A DNA stretch of 64,000 nucleotides from Escherichia phage slur07, in sequence record NC_028780.1. One strand, written 5' to 3'. The translations under genes were made by a program, and so were the position numbers. The notes beneath the pieces were generated by a model. It worked only from the letters and a program-made list of their open reading frames with translations. It was not told the DNA's origin and searched no databases. The stretch's first letter is position 1, and every line of letters starts with the position of its first letter. This document shows positions 1 to 10,530 of this stretch, in pieces.

Positions 1-14
1 TAGACGAAGAATAA

Positions 15-44
15 GTTTACAATCTATTAAAAACGTGATATTAT
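15..44 (+). promoter_or_regulatory. T4-type early promoter (-35 GTTTAC, -10 TATTAT)
   Basis: GTTTAC 15-20, 18-nt spacer, TATTAT 39-44, upstream of ATG at 72. Confidence 0.5.
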
Positions 45-71
45 CTAATTGTATCAACCTAAGGAAATACT

Positions 72-665
72 ATGAACACACTGAAGAAAATTGTTGAGTT
101 TATTCGCACTAAACTTGGTTCTGCTATGGCTAAAAATTTATCTGTCGAAGAACAGTATACTGCTGCAGCAGCAAAACTACTTGATAAAATTAAAGATCTA
201 AAAACTGCTTCTGTTAAATCTATTAATGAAGAAAAACGTATTCGTGAACTTATTGTCGAAAAGAATCGACAAGCCGAATCAAAAGAGCGTGAAATTCGTA
301 AACTTCTTTCCGAAGGTCAAGATGTAACAATGCATGCTAAACTCGGTTTACTATATCGTCGAACGGCTGAGCAGTTGACTACTAAAGCTGACGGTTATGC
401 TGAAATGCGAATTGAAATCGCCAAGAAAGTAGTTGAGTTAGATGATGCTCGTCAAGAACTTGCAGTTAAATTGGAATATATCCGTGAAACTCGTGCAGCA
501 AATGCCCTTGGAATTAGTACTGCAGATGATGTAGTTGAAATTGCAGCGCTGACTAAGGTTGATATTGAAGATACCCTTGCTCGAGTTGAAACCTTTAACG
601 GTAATATTTCCGGGGTTGAAACTACCTCTGCCGATGTTCAGGAATACATTAATTCTCTGAAATAA
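72..665 (+). CDS. hypothetical coiled-coil protein (e.x region)
   Basis: 197-aa ORF, heptad-rich; promoter upstream, UUCG hairpin downstream. Confidence 0.6.
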   Translation: MNTLKKIVEFIRTKLGSAMAKNLSVEEQYTAAAAKLLDKIKDLKTASVKSINEEKRIRELIVEKNRQAESKEREIRKLLSEGQDVTMHAKLGLLYRRTAEQLTTKADGYAEMRIEIAKKVVELDDARQELAVKLEYIRETRAANALGISTADDVVEIAALTKVDIEDTLARVETFNGNISGVETTSADVQEYINSLK

Positions 666-671
666 TGATAA

Positions 672-685
672 GGGGCTTCGGCCCC
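672..685 (+). terminator. GC stem-loop GGGGC-TTCG-GCCCC (mRNA 3' stabiliser/terminator-like, no U-run)
   Basis: perfect 5-bp stem with UUCG tetraloop right after stop at 665. Confidence 0.45.
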
Positions 686-706
686 TATTACTTGGAGTAA
701 ATAGGA

Positions 707-1312
707 ATGAAAATGCAAAGTGATTTCAATTCAATGTTTGAAGAGTTCCAAAGACAAGTTGATGTTCCAGACCAATTACTAAATGCTCTTAAACGCATGG
801 CAGAAGGACGTAATTACTATTGGAGCTCTTCATATGAAACTGATGAAAGTCTTTCTGGATTTTATAAAGGTAAAAAGTCTTTAATACGTCCTGGAATACT
901 CATTAAAAGTATTGAATCAATTCATTCATTGACATGTGATTTTGATGTTGAATTTACTGATTTCATTTCTCCTGAATGGACAGTTTGTTATTTAAATGAC
1001 GATTATGATTATCTTGGCGTTTATAGTTTAAGTGACGCATGGTTTAAACGTAATTTACAAAAGTCAAATTTGTTCTATATTGATACTACGGTAAAATTTC
1101 AGGGAAAGAAATATTTCTTTACTCTTATAGTTGATTCTGAAACAAAACATGAAAATAAACGTATTCTTAGTAAAAAGAATATCTTGACTATTGTTGATGA
1201 TCTTTTTGATAAATTCGTGGAAAATCCCAATTTTGAAAGCGATTTATTATTAGAAAAATTTGTTAAGGAATGTAGAGAATATGTTAAAGCCATCACTATA
1301 CCTTCCAAGTAA
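707..1312 (+). CDS. hypothetical protein, member of tandem paralogue set with conserved C-terminal tail
   Basis: 201-aa ORF; C-terminus KFVKECREY resembles tails of next three ORFs. Confidence 0.6.
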   Translation: MKMQSDFNSMFEEFQRQVDVPDQLLNALKRMAEGRNYYWSSSYETDESLSGFYKGKKSLIRPGILIKSIESIHSLTCDFDVEFTDFISPEWTVCYLNDDYDYLGVYSLSDAWFKRNLQKSNLFYIDTTVKFQGKKYFFTLIVDSETKHENKRILSKKNILTIVDDLFDKFVENPNFESDLLLEKFVKECREYVKAITIPSK

Positions 1313-1673
1313 ACCTGTGAAGTATGAATTAAAGCGCCAGCTAATTCCTACTGATGTATTAATAGGTCCTGTGACAGCTATATCATTTGTAATTCTATTG
1401 ATTGTTGGAATGGTTATAGACTTTATGACTGATATTGAATCTGGCGTAATATTTTTGTTAGTATTAATTCTTCCATTAGTAGTTCCATTTTTATTGGTAC
1501 CTGTAAATTGGGTAGGATATTGGTATCAAGGAAGGCATTATCGTAAACGTGTACGTGAATGGAAAGCTCAGTGTAAAAAGATCAAAAAGGAACACCAGCT
1601 TAAACTAAATATGTATGAATTTAATGAAATTATGAAATTTGTTAAGGAATCACGATGCAAAAGCCAAAACTAA
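1281..1673 (+). CDS. small membrane protein (paralogue set)
   Basis: ATG at 1281 after AAGGAA; hydrophobic segments; tail FVKESRCK; track ORF starts at TTG 1260. Confidence 0.55.
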   Translation: MLKPSLYLPSKPVKYELKRQLIPTDVLIGPVTAISFVILLIVGMVIDFMTDIESGVIFLLVLILPLVVPFLLVPVNWVGYWYQGRHYRKRVREWKAQCKKIKKEHQLKLNMYEFNEIMKFVKESRCKSQN

Positions 1674-2029
1674 ATAAAGTCAAATATTCTTTTTCTGAGT
1701 CATTTTTAATTTTTGCTGTGGCGTTGGCTGCAGCTCTTGCTGGTAGTCTTATTGGATTAACGATTGACTGTATTATTTTAAACATCCGCAGTAACGTCAG
1801 CGGTATAGTAGATATAATAGAAGTTTGGAGTGAACTTCATTATACTATAGCAATTTCATTATTTTCATTCTTTGGTATTATTTTATATTTTCATTATGAT
1901 AATTTTAAAATAAATTGGCAAAGAAAAAAGGATTACAAAATACAATTAAAAGAATATAATAACTACATATCTTATATTGAAAATGAATCAATGAAAGAGT
2001 TTGTGAGTGATTGCAGGAAAATCAAATGA
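1655..2029 (+). CDS. small membrane protein (paralogue set)
   Basis: 124-aa ORF, AAGGAA RBS, TM helices, tail EFVSDCRKIK. Confidence 0.6.
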   Translation: MQKPKLNKVKYSFSESFLIFAVALAAALAGSLIGLTIDCIILNIRSNVSGIVDIIEVWSELHYTIAISLFSFFGIILYFHYDNFKINWQRKKDYKIQLKEYNNYISYIENESMKEFVSDCRKIK

Positions 2030-2510
2030 TTTTAAAAACTCGCTGGTATGATTTAGATGATGGGGACGATGGCATTTCAGTCGATAGAGTTGACTGGAGC
2101 GGCTGTTCTGAAGATACAAAGAAACGATTAATTAGGGAGTTTAGAATGGGATATCAAGCAGTTAAGCCATCTACTGTAACAGATGATAAATTCGTGTGTA
2201 TTCAAAATGGTCGTGCTAAGTTAACGAACGCTGATTGGTTCACAGATAAGAAGGTTATTCTGTGGTATATTATTAGTTTTCCTGTGACATCATTTGTATT
2301 TTGCTTCTTTGGAGAAAGTCCAGTAGGCAGAACGGAAGATTGGATTCTTTTAATTATACTTGTTAATATTTTTACAGCAGCAGTACTATCAGGAATATGG
2401 TGCGTGTTCATTGAAATGCCATGGCGTTTACGCAGACAGCAAAAGATTTATGATGAAAAGAAATATGCTCAAAATTTAAATAGCTTTATCACTGAATGCA
2501 GGAAATTAAA

Positions 2511-2514
<4 letters not shown>
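2026..2514 (+). CDS. membrane protein (paralogue set)
   Basis: ATG 2026 overlaps upstream stop (ATGA); TM segments; tail SFITECRKLK. Confidence 0.6.
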
Positions 2515-3755
<1,241 letters not shown>

Positions 3756-3756
3756 T

Positions 3757-3786
3757 GTTTACTTCCTCCAAGGACTTTGATACTAT
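3757..3786 (+). promoter_or_regulatory. T4-type early promoter
   Basis: GTTTAC 3757-3762, 18-nt spacer, TACTAT 3781-3786. Confidence 0.5.
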
Positions 3787-3813
3787 ACATTCATCAACTA
3801 CTTGGAGGAAATT

Positions 3814-4230
3814 ATGACTCGTATCAATTTAACACTTGTTTCTGAACTGACCGACCAACATCTTATGGCTGAGTATCGTGAATTGCCGCGTGTTTTTGGT
3901 ATAGTTCGTAAACATGCGGCAAATGGTAAGCGGGTTAAAGATTTTAAAATATCTTCCGAGTTTATTTTAGGCTCTGGTCATGTTACGTTCTTTTACGATA
4001 AGTTAGAATTTTTGCGAAAGCGTCAATCAGACATTATAACGGAATGCTTAAAACGTGGGTTTAGTATAAAAGATACTGAAGTTCCTGACATCAGCGATAT
4101 TCCAGCAGAATGGAAAAATGATTATAATCCATGCAAATCAGCTATTAAATTGAGTCAACAACGACTCGATGAAAAAATTTTAATGAAGCCACACTGGTAC
4201 AAGTATTACGGCAAAAATATTTACATTTAA
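3814..4230 (+). CDS. denV: endonuclease V (pyrimidine-dimer DNA glycosylase)
   Basis: 138 aa starting [12 protein letters not shown]...; matches T4 DenV length and sequence as recalled. Confidence 0.9.
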   Translation: MTRINLTLVSELTDQHLMAEYRELPRVFGIVRKHAANGKRVKDFKISSEFILGSGHVTFFYDKLEFLRKRQSDIITECLKRGFSIKDTEVPDISDIPAEWKNDYNPCKSAIKLSQQRLDEKILMKPHWYKYYGKNIYI

Positions 4231-4239
4231 AGGAAACAT

Positions 4240-4713
4240 ATGAAAACATATCAAGAATTTATTACTGAAGCAGCTATTAATTCTCAAATTATTGCTGAAT
4301 CTTTTACTGATCTTTTGAAATTTAAAAAAGGTCAAAAAATCACTGCTGTATTGGATGATGGTACAGAAGTTGAGATGGATGTACAGGGATATAATTATGC
4401 AGTAGATGGAAAACTGTATAATAAATCTCATGCTAAATTTGATTCATTTGACGACTTTGTTAATACAGTTGAAGATGAAAAAACTCGTAGATCCATTGCA
4501 ACTGGTGATGCTAAGGTTCTTATGGCACACGGCCATGAACGCATTCGCGCTAAGCAGAATAAAATGGGCGAAGATAATTTCGCATTAGTTGGTTATCAAT
4601 CTGGTAAACAAACTTATGGTTATCAGCGTACTGCTACCATGTATAACAAAAATGGTAAAATCGCTTTCGTGAATAGTAAAGGTTCTGTTCAGTACGTCAA
4701 ATCATTCAAATAA
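4240..4713 (+). CDS. internal protein with capsid-targeting sequence
   Basis: 157 aa, N-terminus MKTYQEFITEAAINSQ (T4 IP-type CTS, ITE cleavage motif). Confidence 0.75.
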   Translation: MKTYQEFITEAAINSQIIAESFTDLLKFKKGQKITAVLDDGTEVEMDVQGYNYAVDGKLYNKSHAKFDSFDDFVNTVEDEKTRRSIATGDAKVLMAHGHERIRAKQNKMGEDNFALVGYQSGKQTYGYQRTATMYNKNGKIAFVNSKGSVQYVKSFK

Positions 4714-4866
4714 GCAAATAAGAAATATGGGAACAAGCTGGACCTCATGATTCTATGAGGGATTCCCGCCAACCTGTAATAAGGTCGAGCCCAAGTGCGG
4801 TAATGGGTAAATACAGAAATGGAAAATTCATGCGCCATGGAATGGCCCAAATTTAGAGAGAATAAA

Positions 4867-5406
4867 ATGAGAACATTTTTAACTGGTCCTTATCTATCCC
4901 TGATGAATGCTTTTACACACCATTCTGATGCTAGAGTAGAAGAAATTTGTAAAAACGATTATATCCCACCATTTGAAGACTTACTCAAGCAGTATTGCAC
5001 ACTTCGATTAGATGGTGGCAGACAATCCGGTAAATCAACTGCTGTGACTAACTTTGCTGCTAATTGGCTGTATGATGGTGGAACAGTTATTGTTCTTTCT
5101 AATACTTCAGCTTACGCTAAAATTTCTGCGGGCCACATTAAAAAAGAATTTTCTCGTTATTCTAGCGATGATATTCGATTCCGCTTATTTACCGATTCTG
5201 TCCGTAGTTTTATCGGTAATAAAGGAAGCAAGTTCAGAGGTTTATCGCTTTCGCGGATTTTGTATATAATCGATGAGCCTGTTAAATCTCCTGATATGGA
5301 TAAAATTTACGATATTCATATTGAAACTGTGCACCACTGTTGCAATAGTAAATGCTGCATTGGTGGTATTACTCGTCCACAGTTTTTCATAATCGGAATA
5401 CAATGA
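4867..5406 (+). CDS. P-loop NTPase, function unknown
   Basis: Walker A GGRQSGKST and Walker B-like IIDEP; ATG 4867 (track ORF starts 4819). Confidence 0.55.
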   Translation: MRTFLTGPYLSLMNAFTHHSDARVEEICKNDYIPPFEDLLKQYCTLRLDGGRQSGKSTAVTNFAANWLYDGGTVIVLSNTSAYAKISAGHIKKEFSRYSSDDIRFRLFTDSVRSFIGNKGSKFRGLSLSRILYIIDEPVKSPDMDKIYDIHIETVHHCCNSKCCIGGITRPQFFIIGIQ

Positions 5407-5732
5407 TGACAGACACACAGCTTTTCGAATATCTTTATTTTTCGCCAAAAACTATTAAAAATAAATTGGTGAATCATTTTGAAATTTTGGCAAATAATAA
5501 CGTCTTGAGCGAATTTTATCCTAAGCAATACAAATTACAAAAAGGCGTATTCAAAGGATGCAGAGTTTTGTGCACTGCTCCTAATGCAAGATTAATGAAT
5601 AAAATTCCATATTTTACCATGGAATTTATTGATGGACCTTTTAAAGGACTAATCACCCAAAGTTTAATGGCATATGATTCTGAGCCATTTTTAATTAAAG
5701 AACAATCTTGGATAAATTTATTTTCTAATTGA
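5403..5732 (+). CDS. hypothetical protein
   Basis: 109-aa ORF, ATGA overlap with upstream gene. Confidence 0.5.
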   Translation: MMTDTQLFEYLYFSPKTIKNKLVNHFEILANNNVLSEFYPKQYKLQKGVFKGCRVLCTAPNARLMNKIPYFTMEFIDGPFKGLITQSLMAYDSEPFLIKEQSWINLFSN

Positions 5733-5738
5733 GGTTAT

Positions 5739-6101
5739 ATGAAAGCATATCAAATTCTTGAAGGCACACATAAAGGTACTATTTATTTTGAAGATGGTAT
5801 TCAAGCACGAATTATTGTTTCTAAAACCTTTAAAGAGGACTCTTTTGTAGACCCAGAAATTTTCTACGGTTTGCATGCCCGTGAAATTGAAATTGAGCCA
5901 CAACCTACAGTTAAAATTGAAGGTGGTCAACACCTGAACGTTAACGTTTTGCGTCGTGAAACTCTGGAAGATGCAGTTAAGCATCCGGAAAAATATCCGC
6001 AGCTGACCATCCGTGTATCCGGTTATGCAGTTCGCTTTAACTCTCTGACTCCGGAACAGCAGCGCGACGTTATCGCTCGTACCTTCACCGAGAGTTTGTA
6101 A
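5739..6101 (+). CDS. autonomous glycyl-radical cofactor (GrcA/YfiD-like; T4 Y06I-type)
   Basis: C-terminal 60 aa [60 protein letters not shown] matches E. coli GrcA as recalled; includes glycyl-radical motif RVSGY. Confidence 0.85.
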   Translation: MKAYQILEGTHKGTIYFEDGIQARIIVSKTFKEDSFVDPEIFYGLHAREIEIEPQPTVKIEGGQHLNVNVLRRETLEDAVKHPEKYPQLTIRVSGYAVRFNSLTPEQQRDVIARTFTESL

Positions 6102-6322
6102 TGGCAAAGATAATTATTGAAGGTTCTAAAGATGTGCTAAATGCTTTCGCCGAGTGGTTTAGTAATTCAGGCGAACAGCAATTTAATGAAGCGTGGACCA
6201 TGGGTGATATTGATGGAATTTATCCTACGACAGAAATTTCTGTTCAAGGATATGGCATTCATGAACCCATTCGTTTAGTTGAATATGATTTATGTACTGG
6301 TGAGGAAGTCAAATATGATTGA
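6101..6322 (+). CDS. hypothetical small protein
   Basis: 73-aa ORF, TAATG overlap. Confidence 0.5.
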   Translation: MAKIIIEGSKDVLNAFAEWFSNSGEQQFNEAWTMGDIDGIYPTTEISVQGYGIHEPIRLVEYDLCTGEEVKYD

Positions 6323-6581
6323 AGATATTAAGGGTTATAAACCACATACTGAAGAGAAAATCGGTAAAGTGAATGCTATCAAAGACGCTGAAGTTCGTTT
6401 AGGACTTATCTTTGACGCTTTATACGATGAATTCTGGGAAGCATTTGATAGCTGTGAAGATGATGAACTCGCGAAGAATTATGCTGAAAGCCTCGATCAG
6501 TTAACTATTGCTAAAACGAAACTCAAAGAAGCCAGTATGTGGGCTTGCCGTGCTGTGTTCCAACCAGAGGAAAAATACTAA
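6315..6581 (+). CDS. hypothetical small protein
   Basis: 88 aa from ATG 6315 (GAGGAAG RBS). Confidence 0.5.
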   Translation: MIEDIKGYKPHTEEKIGKVNAIKDAEVRLGLIFDALYDEFWEAFDSCEDDELAKNYAESLDQLTIAKTKLKEASMWACRAVFQPEEKY

Positions 6582-6859
6582 TGGCTCAATTAAGTGCAGG
6601 GTTTGGTTATGAGTATTATACTGCCCCTCGTCGTGTATCTGCCGCTCCTAAGAAAATTCAAAGTCTTGATGACTTCCAGGAAGTAGTCCGTAAAGCTTTC
6701 CAGGACTATGCACGCTATCTTAAAGAAGATTCACAGGACTGTCTCGAAGAAGATGAAATTGCTTACTATGAACAGCGTCTTGAACAGCTTAAAAATCTAC
6801 ATGAGGTTCGTGCAGAAGTTTCAAAGTCTATGAATAAATTGATTAGATTTAAAGAATAA
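6581..6859 (+). CDS. hypothetical small protein
   Basis: 92 aa from ATG 6581, TAATG overlap. Confidence 0.5.
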   Translation: MAQLSAGFGYEYYTAPRRVSAAPKKIQSLDDFQEVVRKAFQDYARYLKEDSQDCLEEDEIAYYEQRLEQLKNLHEVRAEVSKSMNKLIRFKE

Positions 6860-6861
6860 CT

Positions 6862-6891
6862 GTTTACTTTTCCTCTTGACTGTGGTATAAT
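6862..6891 (+). promoter_or_regulatory. T4-type early promoter
   Basis: GTTTAC 6862-6867, 18-nt spacer, TATAAT 6886-6891 with TGTGG upstream. Confidence 0.6.
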
Positions 6892-6918
6892 TTTTCTATC
6901 AGTTAAGAGGAGAACAAC

Positions 6919-7380
6919 ATGACTATCAATACAGAAGTTTTTATCCGTCGAAATAAGCTTCGTCGTCACTTTGAGTCGGAGTTTCGTCAAATTAACAATG
7001 AGATTCGTGAGGCATCAAAAGCAGCAGGGGTCTCATCGTTTCATCTAAAATATTCTCAACATCTTCTTGATCGTGCAATTCAACGGGAGATTGATGAGAC
7101 ATATGTTTTTGAATTATTCCATAAAATAAAAGACCATGTTTTAGAAGTTAATGAATTCCTGAGTATGCCTCCGCGTCCTGACATTGACGAGGATTTTATT
7201 GATGGGGTTGAATATCGTCCTGGACGTTTAGAAATCACAGATGGAAATCTTTGGCTTGGATTTACAGTTTGTAAACCTAACGAGAAGTTCAAAGACCCGT
7301 CACTTCAATGTAGGATGGCAATTATCAACAGTCGTCGTTTACCAGGAAAGGCTTCTAAAGCAGTAATTAAAACTCAATGA
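6919..7380 (+). CDS. regB: sequence-specific endoribonuclease RegB
   Basis: 153 aa; start MTINTEVFIRRNKL... and size match T4 RegB as recalled; early promoter upstream. Confidence 0.85.
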   Translation: MTINTEVFIRRNKLRRHFESEFRQINNEIREASKAAGVSSFHLKYSQHLLDRAIQREIDETYVFELFHKIKDHVLEVNEFLSMPPRPDIDEDFIDGVEYRPGRLEITDGNLWLGFTVCKPNEKFKDPSLQCRMAIINSRRLPGKASKAVIKTQ

Positions 7381-7387
7381 GGTAAGC

Positions 7388-7933
7388 ATGAGAAAAGCAC
7401 TACTCGCTGGTCTATTGGCCATTTCAATGATGGCACATAGCTCCGAGCATACTTTCAGTAATGTCCAACTCGATAACATGCGTTACGCGTATCAATTCGG
7501 GGAACAATTTTCTAAGGATGGAAAATATAAAACACATAAAAATATCCACAAGAGCGGATTAGGTCATATAATGGCAGCCATTTTATGGCAAGAAAGCTCT
7601 GGCGGAGTTAATTTAAAATCTAAACCAAAGCATCACGCTTATGGAATGTTCCAAAATTATTTGCCTACTATGCGAGCGAGAGTTAAGGAACTTGGTTATA
7701 ATATGACCGATGCTGAAATAAAAAGAATGTTGAATAAACGGTCCAATTCAGCTTCCTGGGCGTACATTGAACTTTCTTATTGGTTAAATATACATAAGGG
7801 CGATATAAGAAAAGCAATATCCTCTTATAATTCGGGATGGAATGTTAAAGCAGGTTCTAGATATGCTTCTGAAGTCCTAGAAAAGGCTAATTACCTTAAA
7901 AATAATAAACTTTTGGAAATAGTAAATGACTAA
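7388..7933 (+). CDS. secreted lysozyme-like / lytic transglycosylase-like protein
   Basis: signal peptide; ESSGG and YGMFQ motifs typical of SLT/lysozyme-like fold. Confidence 0.55.
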   Translation: MRKALLAGLLAISMMAHSSEHTFSNVQLDNMRYAYQFGEQFSKDGKYKTHKNIHKSGLGHIMAAILWQESSGGVNLKSKPKHHAYGMFQNYLPTMRARVKELGYNMTDAEIKRMLNKRSNSASWAYIELSYWLNIHKGDIRKAISSYNSGWNVKAGSRYASEVLEKANYLKNNKLLEIVND

Positions 7934-8267
7934 AATTTTGGTTTTATGTATAGGATTAATTTCATTTTCTGCGTTAGCAGATACATCATATACTGAAATT
8001 AGAGAGTATGTAAACCGTACTGCAGCGGATTATTGCGGGAAAAATAAAGCATGTCAAGCTGAATTTGCACAGAAATTAATATATGCATATAAAGACGGAG
8101 AAAGAGATAAATCAAGTAGATACAAAAACGATACATTATTAAAACGATATGCTAAAAAGTGGAATACCTTAGAATGTTCAGTTGCGGAGGAGAAAGATAA
8201 AGCCGCTTGTCATTCAATGGTTGACCGTTTGGTAGATTCTTATAATCGAGGATTGAGTACTAGATGA
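7926..8267 (+). CDS. small secreted protein (position of T4 vs)
   Basis: 113 aa with N-terminal signal peptide ending ALA-DT. Confidence 0.45.
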   Translation: MTKILVLCIGLISFSALADTSYTEIREYVNRTAADYCGKNKACQAEFAQKLIYAYKDGERDKSSRYKNDTLLKRYAKKWNTLECSVAEEKDKAACHSMVDRLVDSYNRGLSTR

Positions 8268-8731
8268 TTGTAAAATATATCAAGGGCGATATTGTCGCCC
8301 TTTTCGCTGAAGGTAAAAATATTGCGCATGGATGCAATTGTTTTCATACTATGGGTTCAGGCGTAGCGGGTCAATTAACCAAAGCTTTCCCTAAAATTTT
8401 GGAAGCTGATAAATTACAGACTGAATGGGGTGATGTAACTAAACTCGGTTCTTACTCAGTCTATGAAAAATACTTTAGGACTCATAAAGCGTATTGCTTT
8501 AATCTTTATACTCAATTTCAACCAGGGCCAAATTTTGAGTATTCCGCTTTAATGAATTGTATGTTAGAATTAAATGAGTTTGGTGAAAATAAACTGATTA
8601 AACCTACAATCTATATGCCTAGGATTGGTGCAGGCATAGGTAAAGGGAACTGGGATATTATTGAGGGGATTTTAGATACATATTCCTCTAAATTAGAAAT
8701 TGTGATTGTTGATTGGGAACCGTTATTATGA
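8264..8731 (+). CDS. macro-domain protein (putative ADP-ribose binding/hydrolase)
   Basis: KGDIVALFAEG...IAHGCNCFHTMGSGVAGQL and PRIGAGIGKGNWD glycine loops resemble macro-domain phosphate-binding loops. Confidence 0.55.
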   Translation: MIVKYIKGDIVALFAEGKNIAHGCNCFHTMGSGVAGQLTKAFPKILEADKLQTEWGDVTKLGSYSVYEKYFRTHKAYCFNLYTQFQPGPNFEYSALMNCMLELNEFGENKLIKPTIYMPRIGAGIGKGNWDIIEGILDTYSSKLEIVIVDWEPLL

Positions 8732-8940
8732 ATATACATTATCCACATCCGTATGACCCAAAGAATAAGGCAGTAATTATTCGTCAATGGGAACGCATTT
8801 GTCGTACTAAATGTCCAATTAATAGTCCACATGATGTAGATAAAGACTACATTGGAACATTCGTTGAATATACCTTTATTGATAAGAAAGGTCGTAAACA
8901 GCATGTAGAAGAATACTGCTTAAAGGTGACATGGTTATGA
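8728..8940 (+). CDS. hypothetical small protein
   Basis: 70 aa, ATGA overlap. Confidence 0.45.
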   Translation: MNIHYPHPYDPKNKAVIIRQWERICRTKCPINSPHDVDKDYIGTFVEYTFIDKKGRKQHVEEYCLKVTWL

Positions 8941-9143
8941 GCCAAACTAGTATTCTTAAAAATGCCCACTGTGAAAAGTGTAAATGGCCGGTTGTTTTTG
9001 CTTTATGCAACGATGAAATGGCTTGTGATTTCGATTATTGGTGCTATTGTTCTAATAAAGGATGCATCAATCATAAAGGTGAAGGATTTTATTCGGGATT
9101 TTATCCTTATCCAGATTTCGTTAAAGAAGGTAAACCGAAATGA
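8937..9143 (+). CDS. cysteine-rich small protein (putative zinc binding)
   Basis: 68 aa with 9 Cys (CEKC...CNDEMAC...WCYC...C). Confidence 0.45.
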   Translation: MSQTSILKNAHCEKCKWPVVFALCNDEMACDFDYWCYCSNKGCINHKGEGFYSGFYPYPDFVKEGKPK

Positions 9144-9313
9144 ATAGTTCTGAGTTACAATATGAAGTGTTACGTGAACTTGATAATTTAATTGAACTCG
9201 CTGTTAATAAAGGTTTTGCCATTGGAATTGGTCAAAAAGATACTGATCATTTAACTGTGGAAATATTTAAGCAAAAGCGAATTATTTTAAAACTTTTGGA
9301 AATTAATATATGA
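9140..9313 (+). CDS. hypothetical small protein
   Basis: 57 codons, ATGA overlaps at both ends. Confidence 0.4.
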   Translation: MNSSELQYEVLRELDNLIELAVNKGFAIGIGQKDTDHLTVEIFKQKRIILKLLEINI

Positions 9314-9495
9314 GTTTAAGCAAAGAACAAAAAGACAAACTCTTTTCTCTTATCCACGAAGTTATGGATAAAAACAGTGAATTGGAAAAAGTTTGTGATG
9401 AATGCGGTCCTTTTAATGCAAATGAATACGAAGAACTTTCTAAAGAATTCGATAATAAAGAACAAGAACTTATTAATTATATAAATTCCTTATGA
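9310..9495 (+). CDS. small helical protein (EQK-family paralogue)
   Basis: 61 aa MSLSKEQKDKLFSL...; resembles 9492, 11491, 11697 ORFs. Confidence 0.45.
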   Translation: MSLSKEQKDKLFSLIHEVMDKNSELEKVCDECGPFNANEYEELSKEFDNKEQELINYINSL

Positions 9496-9680
9496 TTACT
9501 CGCGAACAAAAGAACGAAATATTATTTTTAGTTGGTGAAATTATTAGTTTAGAAAAGGATTTGTCTTTTGAAATATCTTCTGAATATGGAGATGCCGAAA
9601 CATATTACGAATTAGTAAAATCTATCGATAAAGTTGAAAATGATTTAGAAACATATTTAGAAAATTTAACTAAGGACTAA
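9492..9680 (+). CDS. small helical protein (EQK-family paralogue)
   Basis: 62 aa MITREQKNEILFLV... Confidence 0.45.
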   Translation: MITREQKNEILFLVGEIISLEKDLSFEISSEYGDAETYYELVKSIDKVENDLETYLENLTKD

Positions 9681-9681
9681 G

Positions 9682-10263
9682 ATGGCGAGTTTAATTTTTA
9701 CTTATGCAGCAATGAATGCTGGAAAATCTGCTTCTCTTTTGACTGCTGCACATAATTATAAAGAACGTGGAATGAGTGTATTAGTTCTTAAGCCTGCTAT
9801 TGATACTCGCGATTCTGTCTGTGAAGTCGTTTCTCGCATTGGAATTAAGCAGGAAGCGAATATTATTACAGATGATATGGATATTTTCGAGTTCTATAAA
9901 TGGGCTGAAGCACAAAAAGATATTCATTGCGTATTTGTAGATGAAGCTCAGTTTTTAAAAACTGAACAGGCGCATCAATTGAGCCGAATTGTTGATACAT
10001 ATAATGTTCCTGTTATGGCTTATGGGCTAAGGACTGATTTCGCTGGAAAATTATTTGAAGGTTCTAAAGAACTTTTAGCGATTGCAGATAAACTTATTGA
10101 ACTAAAGGCAGTTTGTCATTGTGGTAAAAAAGCGATTATGACAGCTCGATTAATGGAAGATGGATCACCAGTTAAAGAAGGTAATCAAATCTGTATTGGT
10201 GATGAAATTTATGTTTCTTTGTGTAGAAAACATTGGAATGAATTAACTAAAAAGCTCGGTTAG
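9682..10263 (+). CDS. tk: thymidine kinase
   Basis: 193 aa; P-loop AMNAGKSASL, zinc ribbon CHCGKKA...C; matches T4 Tk. Confidence 0.93.
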   Translation: MASLIFTYAAMNAGKSASLLTAAHNYKERGMSVLVLKPAIDTRDSVCEVVSRIGIKQEANIITDDMDIFEFYKWAEAQKDIHCVFVDEAQFLKTEQAHQLSRIVDTYNVPVMAYGLRTDFAGKLFEGSKELLAIADKLIELKAVCHCGKKAIMTARLMEDGSPVKEGNQICIGDEIYVSLCRKHWNELTKKLG

Positions 10264-10272
10264 TGCAAAAGT

Positions 10273-10280
10273 TATAAATA
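10273..10280 (+). promoter_or_regulatory. T4 late promoter box TATAAATA
   Basis: perfect TATAAATA 25 nt upstream of ATG 10306. Confidence 0.5.
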
Positions 10281-10305
10281 GGTTTATCTAACTAAAGGGG
10301 TATAT

Positions 10306-10518
10306 ATGCTACAATTAACTGAAAAGCAACTTCGCAATCTTACTGTTCTTCAATTAGATGAAATTCGTAGGGAAGTTGGAAATATCATTTCAGCTTTGCG
10401 TCGAGAAGTATCACTCAACCAATCTCCGGCAGACTATACTAGATTGCGAAATTTTGAAAAATACCTTGATAAAGTTAAGGCCGTGCATCGGCATAAAGTA
10501 AATACAGGACAAAAATGA
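10306..10518 (+). CDS. hypothetical small protein
   Basis: 70-aa ORF after late promoter. Confidence 0.5.
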
Positions 10519-10530
10519 TAGGAGGCCTTT

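Noticed and set aside
4714-4866. Possible tRNA or small RNA gene in the GC-richer spacer
   Set aside because: No cloverleaf could be drawn (no 7-bp acceptor stem, no T-loop); kept only as an unexplained structured spacer.
5718-6107. 129-aa minus-strand ORF
   Set aside because: Lies entirely antisense to the well-supported GrcA-like gene; no RBS; shadow ORF.
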